Below are positions 47,124-58,535 of a stretch of 64,000 nt of DNA, piece by piece (position 1 is the stretch's first letter; each line of letters begins with the position of its first letter). Made by a program: the position numbers and the translations under genes. Source of the DNA: Acidobacteriota bacterium (GTDB taxonomy: Bacteria > Acidobacteriota > Thermoanaerobaculia > Multivoradales > UBA5704); the NCBI GenBank assembly GCA_040005235.1, contig JBDTZG010000010.1, positions 32,001-96,000 on the forward strand, in the 5' to 3' direction. The notes below the pieces were generated by a model that saw only the letters and a list, made by a program, of their open reading frames with translations, did not search any database and was not told where the DNA came from.

Positions 47124-50100
47124 ATGCTGAAAGTCGAACGCCTCGAGATCTCCGGTTTCAAATCCTTCGTCGATCCAGTCGCGGTCGACTTTGCCGGCGG
47201 CGTCACTGCGATCGTCGGCCCAAACGGTTGCGGCAAGTCGAACCTCTCCGAGGCGATGACCTGGGTGCTCGGCGAGCAGAGCGCCAAATCGCTCCGCGGC
47301 GGCACGATGGAAGACGTCATCTTCAACGGCACCGACAGCCGAAAGCCGCTCGGTATGGCGGAAGCCACCCTCACCCTCCGCACCGACCCGAGCTTTCCGC
47401 ATGCGAACGACGGCAAGCTGACGATTACCCGGCGCGTCTTCCGCGGCGGTGAGAGCCAATACAAGCTGAACGGCAAGACGGTGCGTTTAAAGGAGATCCG
47501 CGACCTGCTGATGGACACCGGCCTCGGCCTGCGCGCCTATTCGGTGATCGAGCAGGGGAAGATCGGGATGATCCTCTCCGGCAAGCCGCAAGAGCGCCGA
47601 AAACTGCTCGAAGAGGCGGCCGGCGTCACCCGCTACAAGGCGAGGAAGGCGATCGCCGAGGTTAAGCTCGAAGAGGCGACCGCGAACCTGCTGCGGCTCG
47701 ACGACGTAATCTCCGAAGTCGAGCGCTCGGTGCGCACCTTGAAGCGCCAGGCCTCGGCGGCCAAGCGCTTCCAGGAAAAAGAGGTCGAGTACCGCGAGCT
47801 TTTGGAGAAAGTTCTCCTGGAACGCTGGGCGGTGCTCGCCACCCGGCTGATCGAGCTGCAGACCCGTCTCGACATCGCGGTCTCCCGGGAGGCCGAGCTG
47901 GCCGCGGACCTTCACCGCGACGAGGCGGAAATCGCCGCCGGGCGCGAGCGGCTGGACGAGCTGGGCCGCGCGGTCGCCACGCGCCACCAGCGCCACGCCG
48001 AGCTGGGCACGCGGGTGGAGGGGCGCCAGCAGCTGATCAAGGGGAGCCGCGAAACCCTGCGCGAAATCGGCGAGCGAGGCGCTCAGGCGCAGGCTCTCGC
48101 GGAGCGGCGCCAGGCCGAGATCGGTGATCACGAAGAGGCGCTCGCCGCGCTTGAAAACCGCCGCGCCGAGCAGATCGCCGAGCGCGACGACGCGGCCTCG
48201 GCGGTCGAGTCGGACGAGCGGCAGGTGGCATCCGCCGACCGCGAGCTGCAACTCGCCCACGCGCGGCTCGAATCGCTGCGCCGCGAGACGCTCGCCGCCG
48301 CGACCGAGATCAACGCCGTGCGCCAACGCGCCCAGCACGCCCAGATCGAGCTGGAAAAAGGCAACTACCGCCTGCACCACCTCGACCGCGAGATCGAGCA
48401 GCATGGCGCCGAGCTGGCCCAGGCGCGCGAGGGGCTGGAGCTGGCGCGCGAAAAAGTGCTGGCTTTAGAAGGCCGGCTCGGCGAGCGCGCCGCGGAATCC
48501 GAGCGGACGATCGCCGCTCTCGAAGCGCTGATGCGCCGCGAGGCCGAGGCGACCGACGGCCGACGGAAGCTCGAAGACCAGCTGTCCCAAAGCCGCAACC
48601 GGCAGCGCATTCTGGCCGAGCTGTCGCGCGCCGACGCCGAGCGGCGGCGAAACCTGGTTTCGGCGCTCGAAGCGGCCGGCCACTCCGAACCCCGCTTTCT
48701 GGCCGAGCAGGCCGATCCGCTGGAGGGTTGGGAGCGCGCGCTCGACTTCTACCTCGGCGAGCTGGCCGACGCCGTGTTGCTCGCTCCCGGCCACGATCCC
48801 CTGGCCCTCGCCGACGCGCTCGCCGGCCGGGCGGAGGCGGCGTTGATCGCGCCCATCGCTCCGAACACTACTCACCACCCGCACGCGCACGATTTCGATC
48901 CCAGCGAAGTGCCGGCGGCGCTCGCCCGGATCACCGCCGACTCAGGCGTCCACCTTTCGGTCGGCGAGGCCCTCGGCTTCCCCGAGGATCTCGCCGCAGC
49001 GCTCCCGCCCGCGTTCCTGGTCAAAAGCCCCGAAGACGCGCGCCGCCTGGCCGCCACGCACTCCGGCGTCGCCTTCCTCTGCCGCGAAGGGCTGTGGATC
49101 GAAAACGGTACTCTGCGCGTCGAGGGCGAACGAGCGACCCCCGGCGTGCTCGAACGGGAGCGCGACCTCGCCGAATTGGGCCGGGCGATTCCCGACCTCG
49201 AAGCGCGCCTCGCCAGGGCCGTCTCCGAGTTGGAACGACTGCTCGCCGATCGCTCGCAGATGGCGAAGGATTCGAACCGGCTCCAGACCGAAGTCGGCCA
49301 GCTTCGTCAGGAGGTGGCCGTCGGCCGCGCCCGCGCCGAGGACTCCGCGCAGCGCGAGCGGCGCCTCGCGACCGAAGGCGAAAAGCTCGGCGCGGAGCGC
49401 ACGACGATCGCCGCCGATCTGGACAAGGTAGGGGTCAAAGGTCGCGAGCTGGCGAGCGAACTCGGCCTCGCCGAAGAAAAGCAGACAGGCCTCGCCGAGC
49501 GCTTCGATCGCGCGCAAGCGGAGCTGGATGCCGCCAAGGGCGCCCGAGAAAGCCTGCGCGCCGAAAGCGCCGGCCGCCGCGGTCGTCTCGACCTGCTCGA
49601 AGAGCGGCTCGATTCGCTGAACCGCGAGATCGCCCGCCTCTCCGGAGAGCTGGAAACCGGTCGCCGCCAGATTGCGGCCTGGACCGAGGAGAGCGACAGG
49701 TTGGGCGAGCGCCGCGCGCAGATCGAAGAAGAGGTGGCGCGCGCCGAGGTCGAGCTGCAGGCCGCGCTCGAAGAGCGCGTGGTGGTCGAGAGCCAGGTGC
49801 TCGCCGATCAGGCAACGCTCGACGATCACCGCCAGAGTCTCCGCGGGCTCGACGAGCGGATTCTGGTCTATCGCGAGCAGCGCGACACCGTGCGTTCCGA
49901 AGTCGAGGAGCTGCGCATCCAAAAGGTCGGGCTAGAGCACGACGTGCAGCACCTCGGCGAAACCCACCGCCAGGAGTTCGAGCGCGAGCTGCCCGATCCC
50001 GCCCCCGCGCCTTCCGGAGCACTCGCCGAGCTGGACGTCGAGCTGTCGCGCTGCAAGGCGACGCTCGATCGCTTAGGTCCGGTGAACGTGCTCGCGCTCC

Positions 50101-50696
50101 AAGAACACGACGAACAGGAGGAGCGGTTCACCTTCCTCACCGTCCAACGAGCCGACGTGGTCAAGTCGGTCGAGAGCCTGCGGCAGACGATCAAAGAGAT
50201 CAACCAGACCTCCGCCGAGCGCTTCCGCGAAACGTTCGTGGTGGTCAACCAGGCGTTCGGCGAGGTGTTCCAGCACCTGTTCCGCGGCGGCGAAGCCGAG
50301 ATGCGCCTGCTCGACGAGGACGATCCGCTCGAAAGCGGCATCGAGATCGTCGCCCGCCCGCCGGGCAAACGGCTCCAGAACCTCATGCTGCTGTCCGGCG
50401 GCGAAAAGGCGCTCACCGCGATCGCCCTCCTGTTCGCGCTCTTCCGCTCGAAGCCCTCGCCGTTCTGCATCCTCGACGAAGTCGACGCGCCGCTCGACGA
50501 CATCAACACCTCCCGTTTCGCCGACCTCCTGCACCAGATGTCGAAGCAGGACACCCAGTTCATCGTGATCACCCACAACAAACTCACGATGGAGATCGCC
50601 TCCAACCTCTACGGCGTCACGATGGAAGAAAAAGGCGTCTCGAAGCTGGTCTCGGTCCAGATCGAAGCGCTGCAACCGGAGCGGGCGGTCGCGTAA
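47124..50696 (+). CDS. smc: Chromosome segregation protein SMC
   Basis: GPNGCGKSN, LSGGE, LDEVDAPLD, long coiled coils. Confidence 0.97.
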   Translation: MLKVERLEISGFKSFVDPVAVDFAGGVTAIVGPNGCGKSNLSEAMTWVLGEQSAKSLRGGTMEDVIFNGTDSRKPLGMAEATLTLRTDPSFPHANDGKLTITRRVFRGGESQYKLNGKTVRLKEIRDLLMDTGLGLRAYSVIEQGKIGMILSGKPQERRKLLEEAAGVTRYKARKAIAEVKLEEATANLLRLDDVISEVERSVRTLKRQASAAKRFQEKEVEYRELLEKVLLERWAVLATRLIELQTRLDIAVSREAELAADLHRDEAEIAAGRERLDELGRAVATRHQRHAELGTRVEGRQQLIKGSRETLREIGERGAQAQALAERRQAEIGDHEEALAALENRRAEQIAERDDAASAVESDERQVASADRELQLAHARLESLRRETLAAATEINAVRQRAQHAQIELEKGNYRLHHLDREIEQHGAELAQAREGLELAREKVLALEGRLGERAAESERTIAALEALMRREAEATDGRRKLEDQLSQSRNRQRILAELSRADAERRRNLVSALEAAGHSEPRFLAEQADPLEGWERALDFYLGELADAVLLAPGHDPLALADALAGRAEAALIAPIAPNTTHHPHAHDFDPSEVPAALARITADSGVHLSVGEALGFPEDLAAALPPAFLVKSPEDARRLAATHSGVAFLCREGLWIENGTLRVEGERATPGVLERERDLAELGRAIPDLEARLARAVSELERLLADRSQMAKDSNRLQTEVGQLRQEVAVGRARAEDSAQRERRLATEGEKLGAERTTIAADLDKVGVKGRELASELGLAEEKQTGLAERFDRAQAELDAAKGARESLRAESAGRRGRLDLLEERLDSLNREIARLSGELETGRRQIAAWTEESDRLGERRAQIEEEVARAEVELQAALEERVVVESQVLADQATLDDHRQSLRGLDERILVYREQRDTVRSEVEELRIQKVGLEHDVQHLGETHRQEFERELPDPAPAPSGALAELDVELSRCKATLDRLGPVNVLALQEHDEQEERFTFLTVQRADVVKSVESLRQTIKEINQTSAERFRETFVVVNQAFGEVFQHLFRGGEAEMRLLDEDDPLESGIEIVARPPGKRLQNLMLLSGGEKALTAIALLFALFRSKPSPFCILDEVDAPLDDINTSRFADLLHQMSKQDTQFIVITHNKLTMEIASNLYGVTMEEKGVSKLVSVQIEALQPERAVA

Positions 50697-50776
50697 AAAG
50701 GCGGCGAAAGGTCCTGAAGGGGCGCTACAATCATAATCGCGCTATGAAGACGGCGCGCCTAAACCGGAGGTGATTG

Positions 50777-51193
50777 ATGGATAGGAACCGGACAATCCAG
50801 ATTTCCTACTTCTTGCTGCGCGTAGTGTCGGGCTTTCTGCTCTTCCAATCCGGAGCTATGAAATGGTTCGGCCTATTCGGCGGAATGCCGAAAGGCTCTC
50901 CCCCGTTCGAGCTGGGGTCGCAGATGGGAGTCGGCGCAGTGATCGAAGTCGTCGGCGGGCTCTGCATCCTGCTCGGTCTCTTCACGCGCCCCGCAGCGTT
51001 CATCTGCTCCGGCATGATGGCGGTCGCCTATTGGCAGTTCCACGCGCCTAACGGCACTTGGCCCGCCCAGAACTTCGGCATGCCCGCCGTCCTGCTCTGT
51101 TTCATCTTCCTCTACATCGCAGCGGAGGGAGGCGGCCCCTGGAGTCTCGATGCGCAGATCTTCGGCAAGAGTCAGGCGTCCAGAAAAGCTTGA
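50777..51193 (+). CDS. DoxX family membrane protein
   Basis: LLRVVSG, GLFTRPAA, GGGPWSLD. Confidence 0.9.
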   Translation: MDRNRTIQISYFLLRVVSGFLLFQSGAMKWFGLFGGMPKGSPPFELGSQMGVGAVIEVVGGLCILLGLFTRPAAFICSGMMAVAYWQFHAPNGTWPAQNFGMPAVLLCFIFLYIAAEGGGPWSLDAQIFGKSQASRKA

Positions 51194-51232
51194 GCTCGTT
51201 CATCACAGCTTGAACCTTACCCGGAGAGCCCC

Positions 51233-51760
51233 ATGCTCAAAATCATCGGCATCGTCATCGTCGTTCTGATCGCCCTCCTGCTCGTGATCGCCGCGACCAA
51301 GCCGGACACGTTCCACTTGGAGCGTGTTACGACCATCCAGGCGCCGGCCGAGAAGATCTTTCCCCTGATCAACGACTTCCACAACTGGACGGCCTGGTCG
51401 CCTTGGGAAAAGCTGGATCCGGCCTTGACCCGCACCTACAGCGGAGCCTCGGAAGGACCGGGCGCGAAGTACGCGTGGAAAGGCAACAGCCAGGTCGGCG
51501 AAGGAACGATGGAGATCACCGACGCCACCGCCCCGTCCCGGGTGGGCATCCAGCTCCACTTCATCAAACCGTTCGAAGCGACCAACCAAGTCGAATTCAC
51601 CCTCGAAGGTCAGGGCGATTCGACGAAAGTGACATGGGCGATGGACGGCAAGAATCCGTTCCTCTCCAAGGTCATGCAGGTGTTCATGAGCATGGACAAA
51701 ATGGTCGGCAAGGACTTCGAGTCCGGGCTCGCGAACCTTAAAGCCGCCGCCGAGAAGTGA
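51233..51760 (+). CDS. SRPBCC (polyketide cyclase-like) protein
   Basis: WSPW, GKDFESGLANLK. Confidence 0.88.
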   Translation: MLKIIGIVIVVLIALLLVIAATKPDTFHLERVTTIQAPAEKIFPLINDFHNWTAWSPWEKLDPALTRTYSGASEGPGAKYAWKGNSQVGEGTMEITDATAPSRVGIQLHFIKPFEATNQVEFTLEGQGDSTKVTWAMDGKNPFLSKVMQVFMSMDKMVGKDFESGLANLKAAAEK

Positions 51761-51770
51761 CGCCGGAGAA

Positions 51771-51805
51771 TGAGGCTGCCGTGAGAAAGGCTCACGGCGG
51801 CCTCA
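51771..51805. terminator. 15-bp stem hairpin (terminator or REP-like)
   Basis: TGAGGCTGCCGTGAG-AAAGG-CTCACGGCGGCCTCA; weak U-tract. Confidence 0.55.
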
Positions 51806-51830
51806 CCAATCCTCTTTAAGCATTTCCCCC

Positions 51831-52562
51831 ATGTCCCGCAGCCCATTTCTCACCGCCCGCTGGGAGCGCCTCGTCCTGCTCAATTACGAGGTGGACCCGA
51901 GCCTCCTGCGGCCTCTCGTGCCAGCCGGCACCGAGCTCGATCACTGGGATAATCGCTGCCTGATGAGCCTGGTCGGGTTCCGCTTCCTGGACACGCGGCT
52001 GCTCGGGATTCCCATTCCCGGCCACCGCGACTTCGATGAGGTGAACCTGCGCTTCTACGTCCGGCGAAGGGGCGACGACGGCATCTGGCGCCGCGCCGTC
52101 GTGTTCGTCCGCGAGCTGGTCCCTCGTTGGGCGATCGCGACCCTCGCCCGGTGGGTCTACAACGAGCCCTACCTTGCGGTGCCCATGACCCACGACATCC
52201 GCGTGACGCCGGATGCGGGGGGCTCCGCCACCTACGGCTGGCGTTACCGTCTGGCCTCTTTCGCTCTCTCGGCAGAGGTGGAGGGACCGGCCCGACCGCT
52301 TGTCCCCAGCTCGGAGGCTGAGTTCATCACCGAGCACTACTGGGGTTACACCCGCCAACGCGACGGCGGCACGCTCGAATACCAGGTCGAACATCCCCCT
52401 TGGAACGTCTGGACGGCCGCCCGAGCGACCTTCACCGGGCCGGGAGAGCTTCTCTACGGACCCGACTTCGGGCCGATTCTCGCCCGGCCTCCCGTTTCCG
52501 CGTTTCTCGCGGTGGGTTCGCCCATCGCGGTCCACCAGGGCGTACGGTTGGCGATTCCCTAA
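51831..52562 (+). CDS. DUF2071 (YqjF-like) protein
   Basis: FDEVNLRFYV, FITEHYWGY, VEHPPW. Confidence 0.85.
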   Translation: MSRSPFLTARWERLVLLNYEVDPSLLRPLVPAGTELDHWDNRCLMSLVGFRFLDTRLLGIPIPGHRDFDEVNLRFYVRRRGDDGIWRRAVVFVRELVPRWAIATLARWVYNEPYLAVPMTHDIRVTPDAGGSATYGWRYRLASFALSAEVEGPARPLVPSSEAEFITEHYWGYTRQRDGGTLEYQVEHPPWNVWTAARATFTGPGELLYGPDFGPILARPPVSAFLAVGSPIAVHQGVRLAIP

Positions 52563-52972
52563 CCGAACATCTTCACCGCCGCCGTAATGAAACAGGCGGT
52601 GGCGATGGCGATGCCCGTGGTGGGGGTACGGAACCAGTAGCGCAGGCCCAGCGCGAGGTACCCAAGGCTGAAAAGAATCGCCAGGATCAGGAAACTCGGC
52701 GAGCTGCGCAGCAAGTCCATGTGGCGGAACCCGAGCAGCAGGTAGACGGCGGAGAGCAACATGCCGCCCAGGCTGTGGCTGCCGTTGAAGCCGATCCATG
52801 CGTTCCACATCGTGAGCCGGCGGGTGAGGACCGGGGAGGTTGCCTTCATCGCTTCGTTGACGCGCGGATCGAGGGCGTCGAACTTGTTGGTGAAAAAGGT
52901 GTAGGCCAGGTGCGCGGTAGCGAGGAAACCGAAGATCCCGGCGCCGAGAAGAATCAGTACCTGTTCGATCAT
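52559..52972 (-). CDS. Small membrane protein
   Basis: WNAWIGFNGSHSLG; GGAGG RBS; overlaps the upstream gene by 4 nt. Confidence 0.75.
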   Translation of the reverse strand: MIEQVLILLGAGIFGFLATAHLAYTFFTNKFDALDPRVNEAMKATSPVLTRRLTMWNAWIGFNGSHSLGGMLLSAVYLLLGFRHMDLLRSSPSFLILAILFSLGYLALGLRYWFRTPTTGIAIATACFITAAVKMFG

Positions 52973-53880
52973 GTCCCCTCCGGCGGTGCGACGCCGCGGA
53001 AGAATCCGGCGGCGGTCCAAGCGGCGAAAGAGCGCTCGATCTCGCGGGCGAGATCCGCACCGGGGGCGGCGACCTCGGAGGCTTTTTCCAGCGCTCCTCC
53101 CACGGTCCCCCCGGCGACGATGGCAGCGAGGAGGGCATGTTCGACCGGCGAGAGCGGATGTCGCCGCACGACGTAATCGCGACGGCAGAGCGCCAGATGC
53201 TCGACTCCGGGAACCGGGTACTCCAGCTCGTCGTCCTCTACCGCCTTGCGCGCGGCGGTGTAGAGGTCGTTGAGCGGAAAGCGGAAGGTAAGCAGCCGAA
53301 GCGAAGGAGAGGGAATCAGGCGCACGGAGGCGACGCCTTCCGCCCCGAGCGCTTGGAGAGCTTCGACCGAAAACGGCGGCTCTCCTTCGAGCCCCGGGCC
53401 GTCGAACACCCGGGCGATCGCGTGCTCGAAGCGGGCGAGATCGGCGAGCATCTCGGGCCAGGCGGGGGGATCGCCAGCGTCGGGGGCGCGAGTCTCTTCG
53501 AGGAACTGCGCGAACCGGTCGCCCAGGCGGTCGAGCGTGTAGCTGCGCGACGGATAGCGCTGAAGGTATTCGAACGCGATCGGCTCGAACAGCTCGGGCC
53601 CCAGGACGCGCCGCAGGATCGGAAAGCATTCGCCGAGGCATTCAAGCAGCCGCGCGTAATAGGCGTGTGCGTAGATCCCGACCCGCTCGCTGGCGGTCAA
53701 GTTGTGAGAGCGGCGGACGATCCGCTCCAACTCGTCGCGGCCGAGGCCGATCAGGCGTTGCGCTTCGTCCCCGGATAGGCCGCTCGCCACCCCGTCCGGG
53801 TGGCTGATCACCGCTTGAAACCAGTTTTGGACCACATCGAGAGCGGGTTCCTCAGGCGGCTCGGAATCTCCCCGGCTCAT
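52969..53880 (-). CDS. MNIO partner protein (DUF2063-like, RiPP-recognition type)
   Basis: IYAHAYYARL, YPSRSYTL, DLARFE. Confidence 0.8.
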   Translation of the reverse strand: MSRGDSEPPEEPALDVVQNWFQAVISHPDGVASGLSGDEAQRLIGLGRDELERIVRRSHNLTASERVGIYAHAYYARLLECLGECFPILRRVLGPELFEPIAFEYLQRYPSRSYTLDRLGDRFAQFLEETRAPDAGDPPAWPEMLADLARFEHAIARVFDGPGLEGEPPFSVEALQALGAEGVASVRLIPSPSLRLLTFRFPLNDLYTAARKAVEDDELEYPVPGVEHLALCRRDYVVRRHPLSPVEHALLAAIVAGGTVGGALEKASEVAAPGADLAREIERSFAAWTAAGFFRGVAPPEGT

Positions 53881-53887
53881 ACGCGGC

Positions 53888-54883
53888 TCATGCGACATCC
53901 GGCCGGATGTGATGGAGGGGGTGCGGCGCGGGCTCCTCGCCGAGCGGTGCCGCGAACGGCGCATCCCGCCAAGGCTCCCGAGCGCGATCGGTAGGTCTCG
54001 CGGCTCTTTCGGTTTCGGCGGTTTGGGGAGTTTCGGCGTTTTCCGCGAGAGGCTCGGTGAACCGTTTCGCTTTCAGCACCTCGGCGTGGACCACGTCGAA
54101 CGGCGGAATGTGCGCGTCCCATTCGAGCAGGGTCGAAGCGCCGCCGGTCAGCTGGTGGGCCAGCCGGTAGAGATCCCAGACCGCGTCGATCACCGGGTGG
54201 TCGTGGGTGTCGATCAGATGGGTGCCGTAGTCGCTGTGGCCGGCGAGATGGAACTGGACGATGCGCTCGTGCGGCAGCGAGCGGACGAACTCCTCCGGCT
54301 CCAGGTCGTGGTTGAAGCTCGACACGTAGACGTTGTTGACGTCGAGCAGCAGGCCGCAATCGGCCTCTTCGGCCATCCGGCCGATGAACTCCCACTCCTC
54401 CATCGTCGAGTGGGCGAATGTCACGTACGAGCTGGGATTTTCCAGCACCAGCGGCCGTTCGAGGATGTCCTGGACGATCTTGATCCGCTCGACGACATGA
54501 CGGAGCGTCGCCTCGGTGAATGGCACCGGTAGAAGGTCGTGGGTGTTCTTGCCCAGCACTCCAGTCCAGCAAAGGTGGTCGGAGACCCAGGCCGCCTTCA
54601 CTTCGGCGGCCAGGGATTTCAACTTCTTGAGGTAAAGGCGATCGAGCGGATCGGTCGAACCGATCGAGAGAGAAACCCCGTGGAGCACCACCGGGTAGCG
54701 CTCGGCGATCTGGCGCAGCACGTGCCGCGGGCGCCCTTGGGAATCGACGTAGTTCTCGCTGATCACCTCGAACCAATCGACCGCCGGCTGCTCGGCGAGG
54801 ATGTGCTCGAAGTGAACCGAGCGGAGGCCGACGCCGGCCCCCAGGTTCGGATTCCCAAGACGCGGGGCGATCCGAGAGCTCAT
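53888..54883 (-). CDS. DUF692 multinuclear non-heme iron oxidase (MNIO)
   Basis: GVGLR, EVISENY, SDHLCW, LENPSSY, DVNNVY, HLAGH, IDTH, LLEWD. Confidence 0.95.
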   Translation of the reverse strand: MSSRIAPRLGNPNLGAGVGLRSVHFEHILAEQPAVDWFEVISENYVDSQGRPRHVLRQIAERYPVVLHGVSLSIGSTDPLDRLYLKKLKSLAAEVKAAWVSDHLCWTGVLGKNTHDLLPVPFTEATLRHVVERIKIVQDILERPLVLENPSSYVTFAHSTMEEWEFIGRMAEEADCGLLLDVNNVYVSSFNHDLEPEEFVRSLPHERIVQFHLAGHSDYGTHLIDTHDHPVIDAVWDLYRLAHQLTGGASTLLEWDAHIPPFDVVHAEVLKAKRFTEPLAENAETPQTAETERAARPTDRAREPWRDAPFAAPLGEEPAPHPLHHIRPDVA

Positions 54884-54926
54884 CGGCCGCGGCCCGCCCG
54901 CTTGGTCTTTACCGCGCGGAAAATCT

Positions 54927-55352
54927 TCAGCCCTCCGCGCCGCAGCTCTTCGGCGCCGGGCCGAACTTCTTGCCCGCCTTGGTCATCGCGGCTTCGTAAC
55001 CCGTCCGCGCCTTTTTCCACGCATCGCCATGGACCGGCACCGCGCAGCTCCCTTTGCCTTTGCAGGAGTTCGTGCCGTCGGGACCCTGGCCCGTGCAGTC
55101 GTTCGACCCCGAGCAGCCGTGCGCCTCGACGTTTGAGCAGGTGCCCAGTCCCGCGCAGTCGTTCTTGGCATCGGCCCCCAGCCCTTTGCAGGTGTTCAGG
55201 CCGCAGCAGACATGCTTGTCGCCGAGATGAAACTCGGCCTTTTCCTCGGCCGCAAATGCCGACTTGGCGGCAAACGAACCGGCGAGAATGCCGCCAAAGG
55301 CTGCAAGGGTGAGTTTGCCGAAATCGCGTCGATTGAGGTTGCTCTGGTCCAT
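54927..55352 (-). CDS. Cys-rich RiPP precursor with Tat signal
   Basis: NRRDFGK; repeated CxGxNxCxGxG. Confidence 0.85.
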   Translation of the reverse strand: MDQSNLNRRDFGKLTLAAFGGILAGSFAAKSAFAAEEKAEFHLGDKHVCCGLNTCKGLGADAKNDCAGLGTCSNVEAHGCSGSNDCTGQGPDGTNSCKGKGSCAVPVHGDAWKKARTGYEAAMTKAGKKFGPAPKSCGAEG

Positions 55353-55445
55353 GGAGGTCTCCTTTTTCTTCTGAAGATCGGATTGTAAGCCCCGTACTAC
55401 CTACGGTGGAGAAGATTACCGCGGATTCCCGGCCGCGTGCTTGCC

Positions 55446-56378
55446 TCAGGTCGCGGCGAGCAACTCGCGATCGATCCGGTCCAGGACTTTCAAATCGACA
55501 CCGGGATCGAACTTCCGGGCGAAATGGTAGTTGCCCGCGGCGAGCATGGGGACGTCCGCCTCGGTCAGGACGCGCGGCGACCCCTTGTGCGCCTTCGAGT
55601 AGTCGATGTAGCGCCGGTCGTCGTTCGTCAGATCGAAGCGGCCACTGTTGAGCAGAACGGTCTGGACCAGCGACTCTTCCGGCGTGATCGTCCCCTGGTA
55701 GAACCGAACCAGATCCGGATGGGTGGCCAGGTATTCACGGAGGTAAAGGACGGCGCTACGTCGCAGCGAGAACCAGGCCCAACCGCCGTGCAGGCGAAAC
55801 TGGTCATTGAACGGCGTCGCCAAAACCCGGCGGCCGACATAGGCGCCATAATCCAGATAGAAGTGGATCGGCAGGATGCGGGTCGCGAATCGCACCGCAT
55901 GGAGGGCCTTCACGGTCCAGGCGGGCAACCGACGATAGCGGTAGTGGTAGCGATTCCGCGCCTTACGCCACGACCAGGGATTGGCGGCGGAATGAACGTC
56001 CCACGAACGGATGAAACCGTCACTGGTTGCGGCGGCAAGCTCCGCCTCCATTTTCGGGGTCGAAAGGGTTGGATAGTCCTGGCCGGTGAGCGTCACCAAC
56101 CAGTCGTAGGCGATCCCTTCCCGCTCCAGCCAGTCGATCATGTCCAACAGCGGCTGCACCTGGCAGGAGTAGTGCGCCCGAATCTGCGGCCCGGTCGCCG
56201 GGAACAGGTGGGTGCGCGGCAGATCCGCGAAAGGCGCCCAATCGAGGGGACCGGCGGCGAAGTTGTGCTGCACGACCACCCGCGCCGTGTCGCTGCCGCG
56301 ATGGAGCGTCCTGACCAGGCGGAGAATCTGTTCGGGGTCGCGATGGGTCTGGATGAAGAAGCAGAGATTGGCGCTCAG
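55446..56378 (-). CDS. GT14 (core-2/I-branching) glycosyltransferase; predicted CTG start
   Basis: LTGQDYP, GWAWF, FARKFD; N-terminal FFIQTHRD..QI.RL lies upstream of the tracked ORF. Confidence 0.8.
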   Translation of the reverse strand: MSANLCFFIQTHRDPEQILRLVRTLHRGSDTARVVVQHNFAAGPLDWAPFADLPRTHLFPATGPQIRAHYSCQVQPLLDMIDWLEREGIAYDWLVTLTGQDYPTLSTPKMEAELAAATSDGFIRSWDVHSAANPWSWRKARNRYHYRYRRLPAWTVKALHAVRFATRILPIHFYLDYGAYVGRRVLATPFNDQFRLHGGWAWFSLRRSAVLYLREYLATHPDLVRFYQGTITPEESLVQTVLLNSGRFDLTNDDRRYIDYSKAHKGSPRVLTEADVPMLAAGNYHFARKFDPGVDLKVLDRIDRELLAAT

Positions 56379-56471
56379 GGACCGCCTCCAAATCGAAAGA
56401 AATAGAGATCAAGGGAAGTTCAGAGAGAACCTACGCGGACTCGCTCTCCGCGTCAATCGTCTGTGTACTCG

Positions 56472-58001
<1,530 letters not shown>

Positions 58002-58010
58002 TGACCGTTC

Positions 58011-58535
58011 TTAAGCGCGCGAGTCGGCCAATGCATTCCGGATCTGTCGAGATTCCACGGGCTTGGCGCCCGATCGAAGCCAGTCGAGGACGCTTTCCTC
58101 GGGTCGATCAGGGTTCGCCCAAACGATGCGACCGAGGTCCGGGAGATCGGCGCAGGCCTGGCAGAATAGACCTCGCGCCACTTGATCACGCGAAAGAATC
58201 GTCTCGTCGGTGGCGGCGGCGGCTCGGATCAGGTGGAGGTCTTTTTCGAGGGCCGCTCTTTGTGTGGGCCGCAACTTGATCATCTCAAGGCGATGCTCCC
58301 AGGGTAAACCAGCCGTTTCGGCGATCGCCACGACGCGCTTCCGACCGTGCATTCGGACCCGCCATCCGCGGGAATAAGAAGTTTGGTGCCGATCCCATTC
58401 TTCGGCGAGCTTGGGGTCGAAGACCACTGAATGCTCCGTCTCAAATTCGATCACGTGCAGCGCGTCTCGAGCGATCTGCGGCGCCGGACCGGCGAGCGAA
58501 GCATCAACGACGAGCCGTCTTGGCTTTCCGGCCAC
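58011..58535 (-). CDS. PIN-like partner protein of the AAA ATPase
   Basis: LVVDAS, KDLHLI.AA, ILSRD. Confidence 0.6.
   Translation of the reverse strand: MAGKPRRLVVDASLAGPAPQIARDALHVIEFETEHSVVFDPKLAEEWDRHQTSYSRGWRVRMHGRKRVVAIAETAGLPWEHRLEMIKLRPTQRAALEKDLHLIRAAAATDETILSRDQVARGLFCQACADLPDLGRIVWANPDRPEESVLDWLRSGAKPVESRQIRNALADSRA

Noticed and set aside
48728-50773. 681-aa alternative-frame ORF, and similar long Arg/Pro-rich ORFs elsewhere
   Set aside because: Shadow ORFs of high-GC genes such as smc, der and rnr; no protein motifs.
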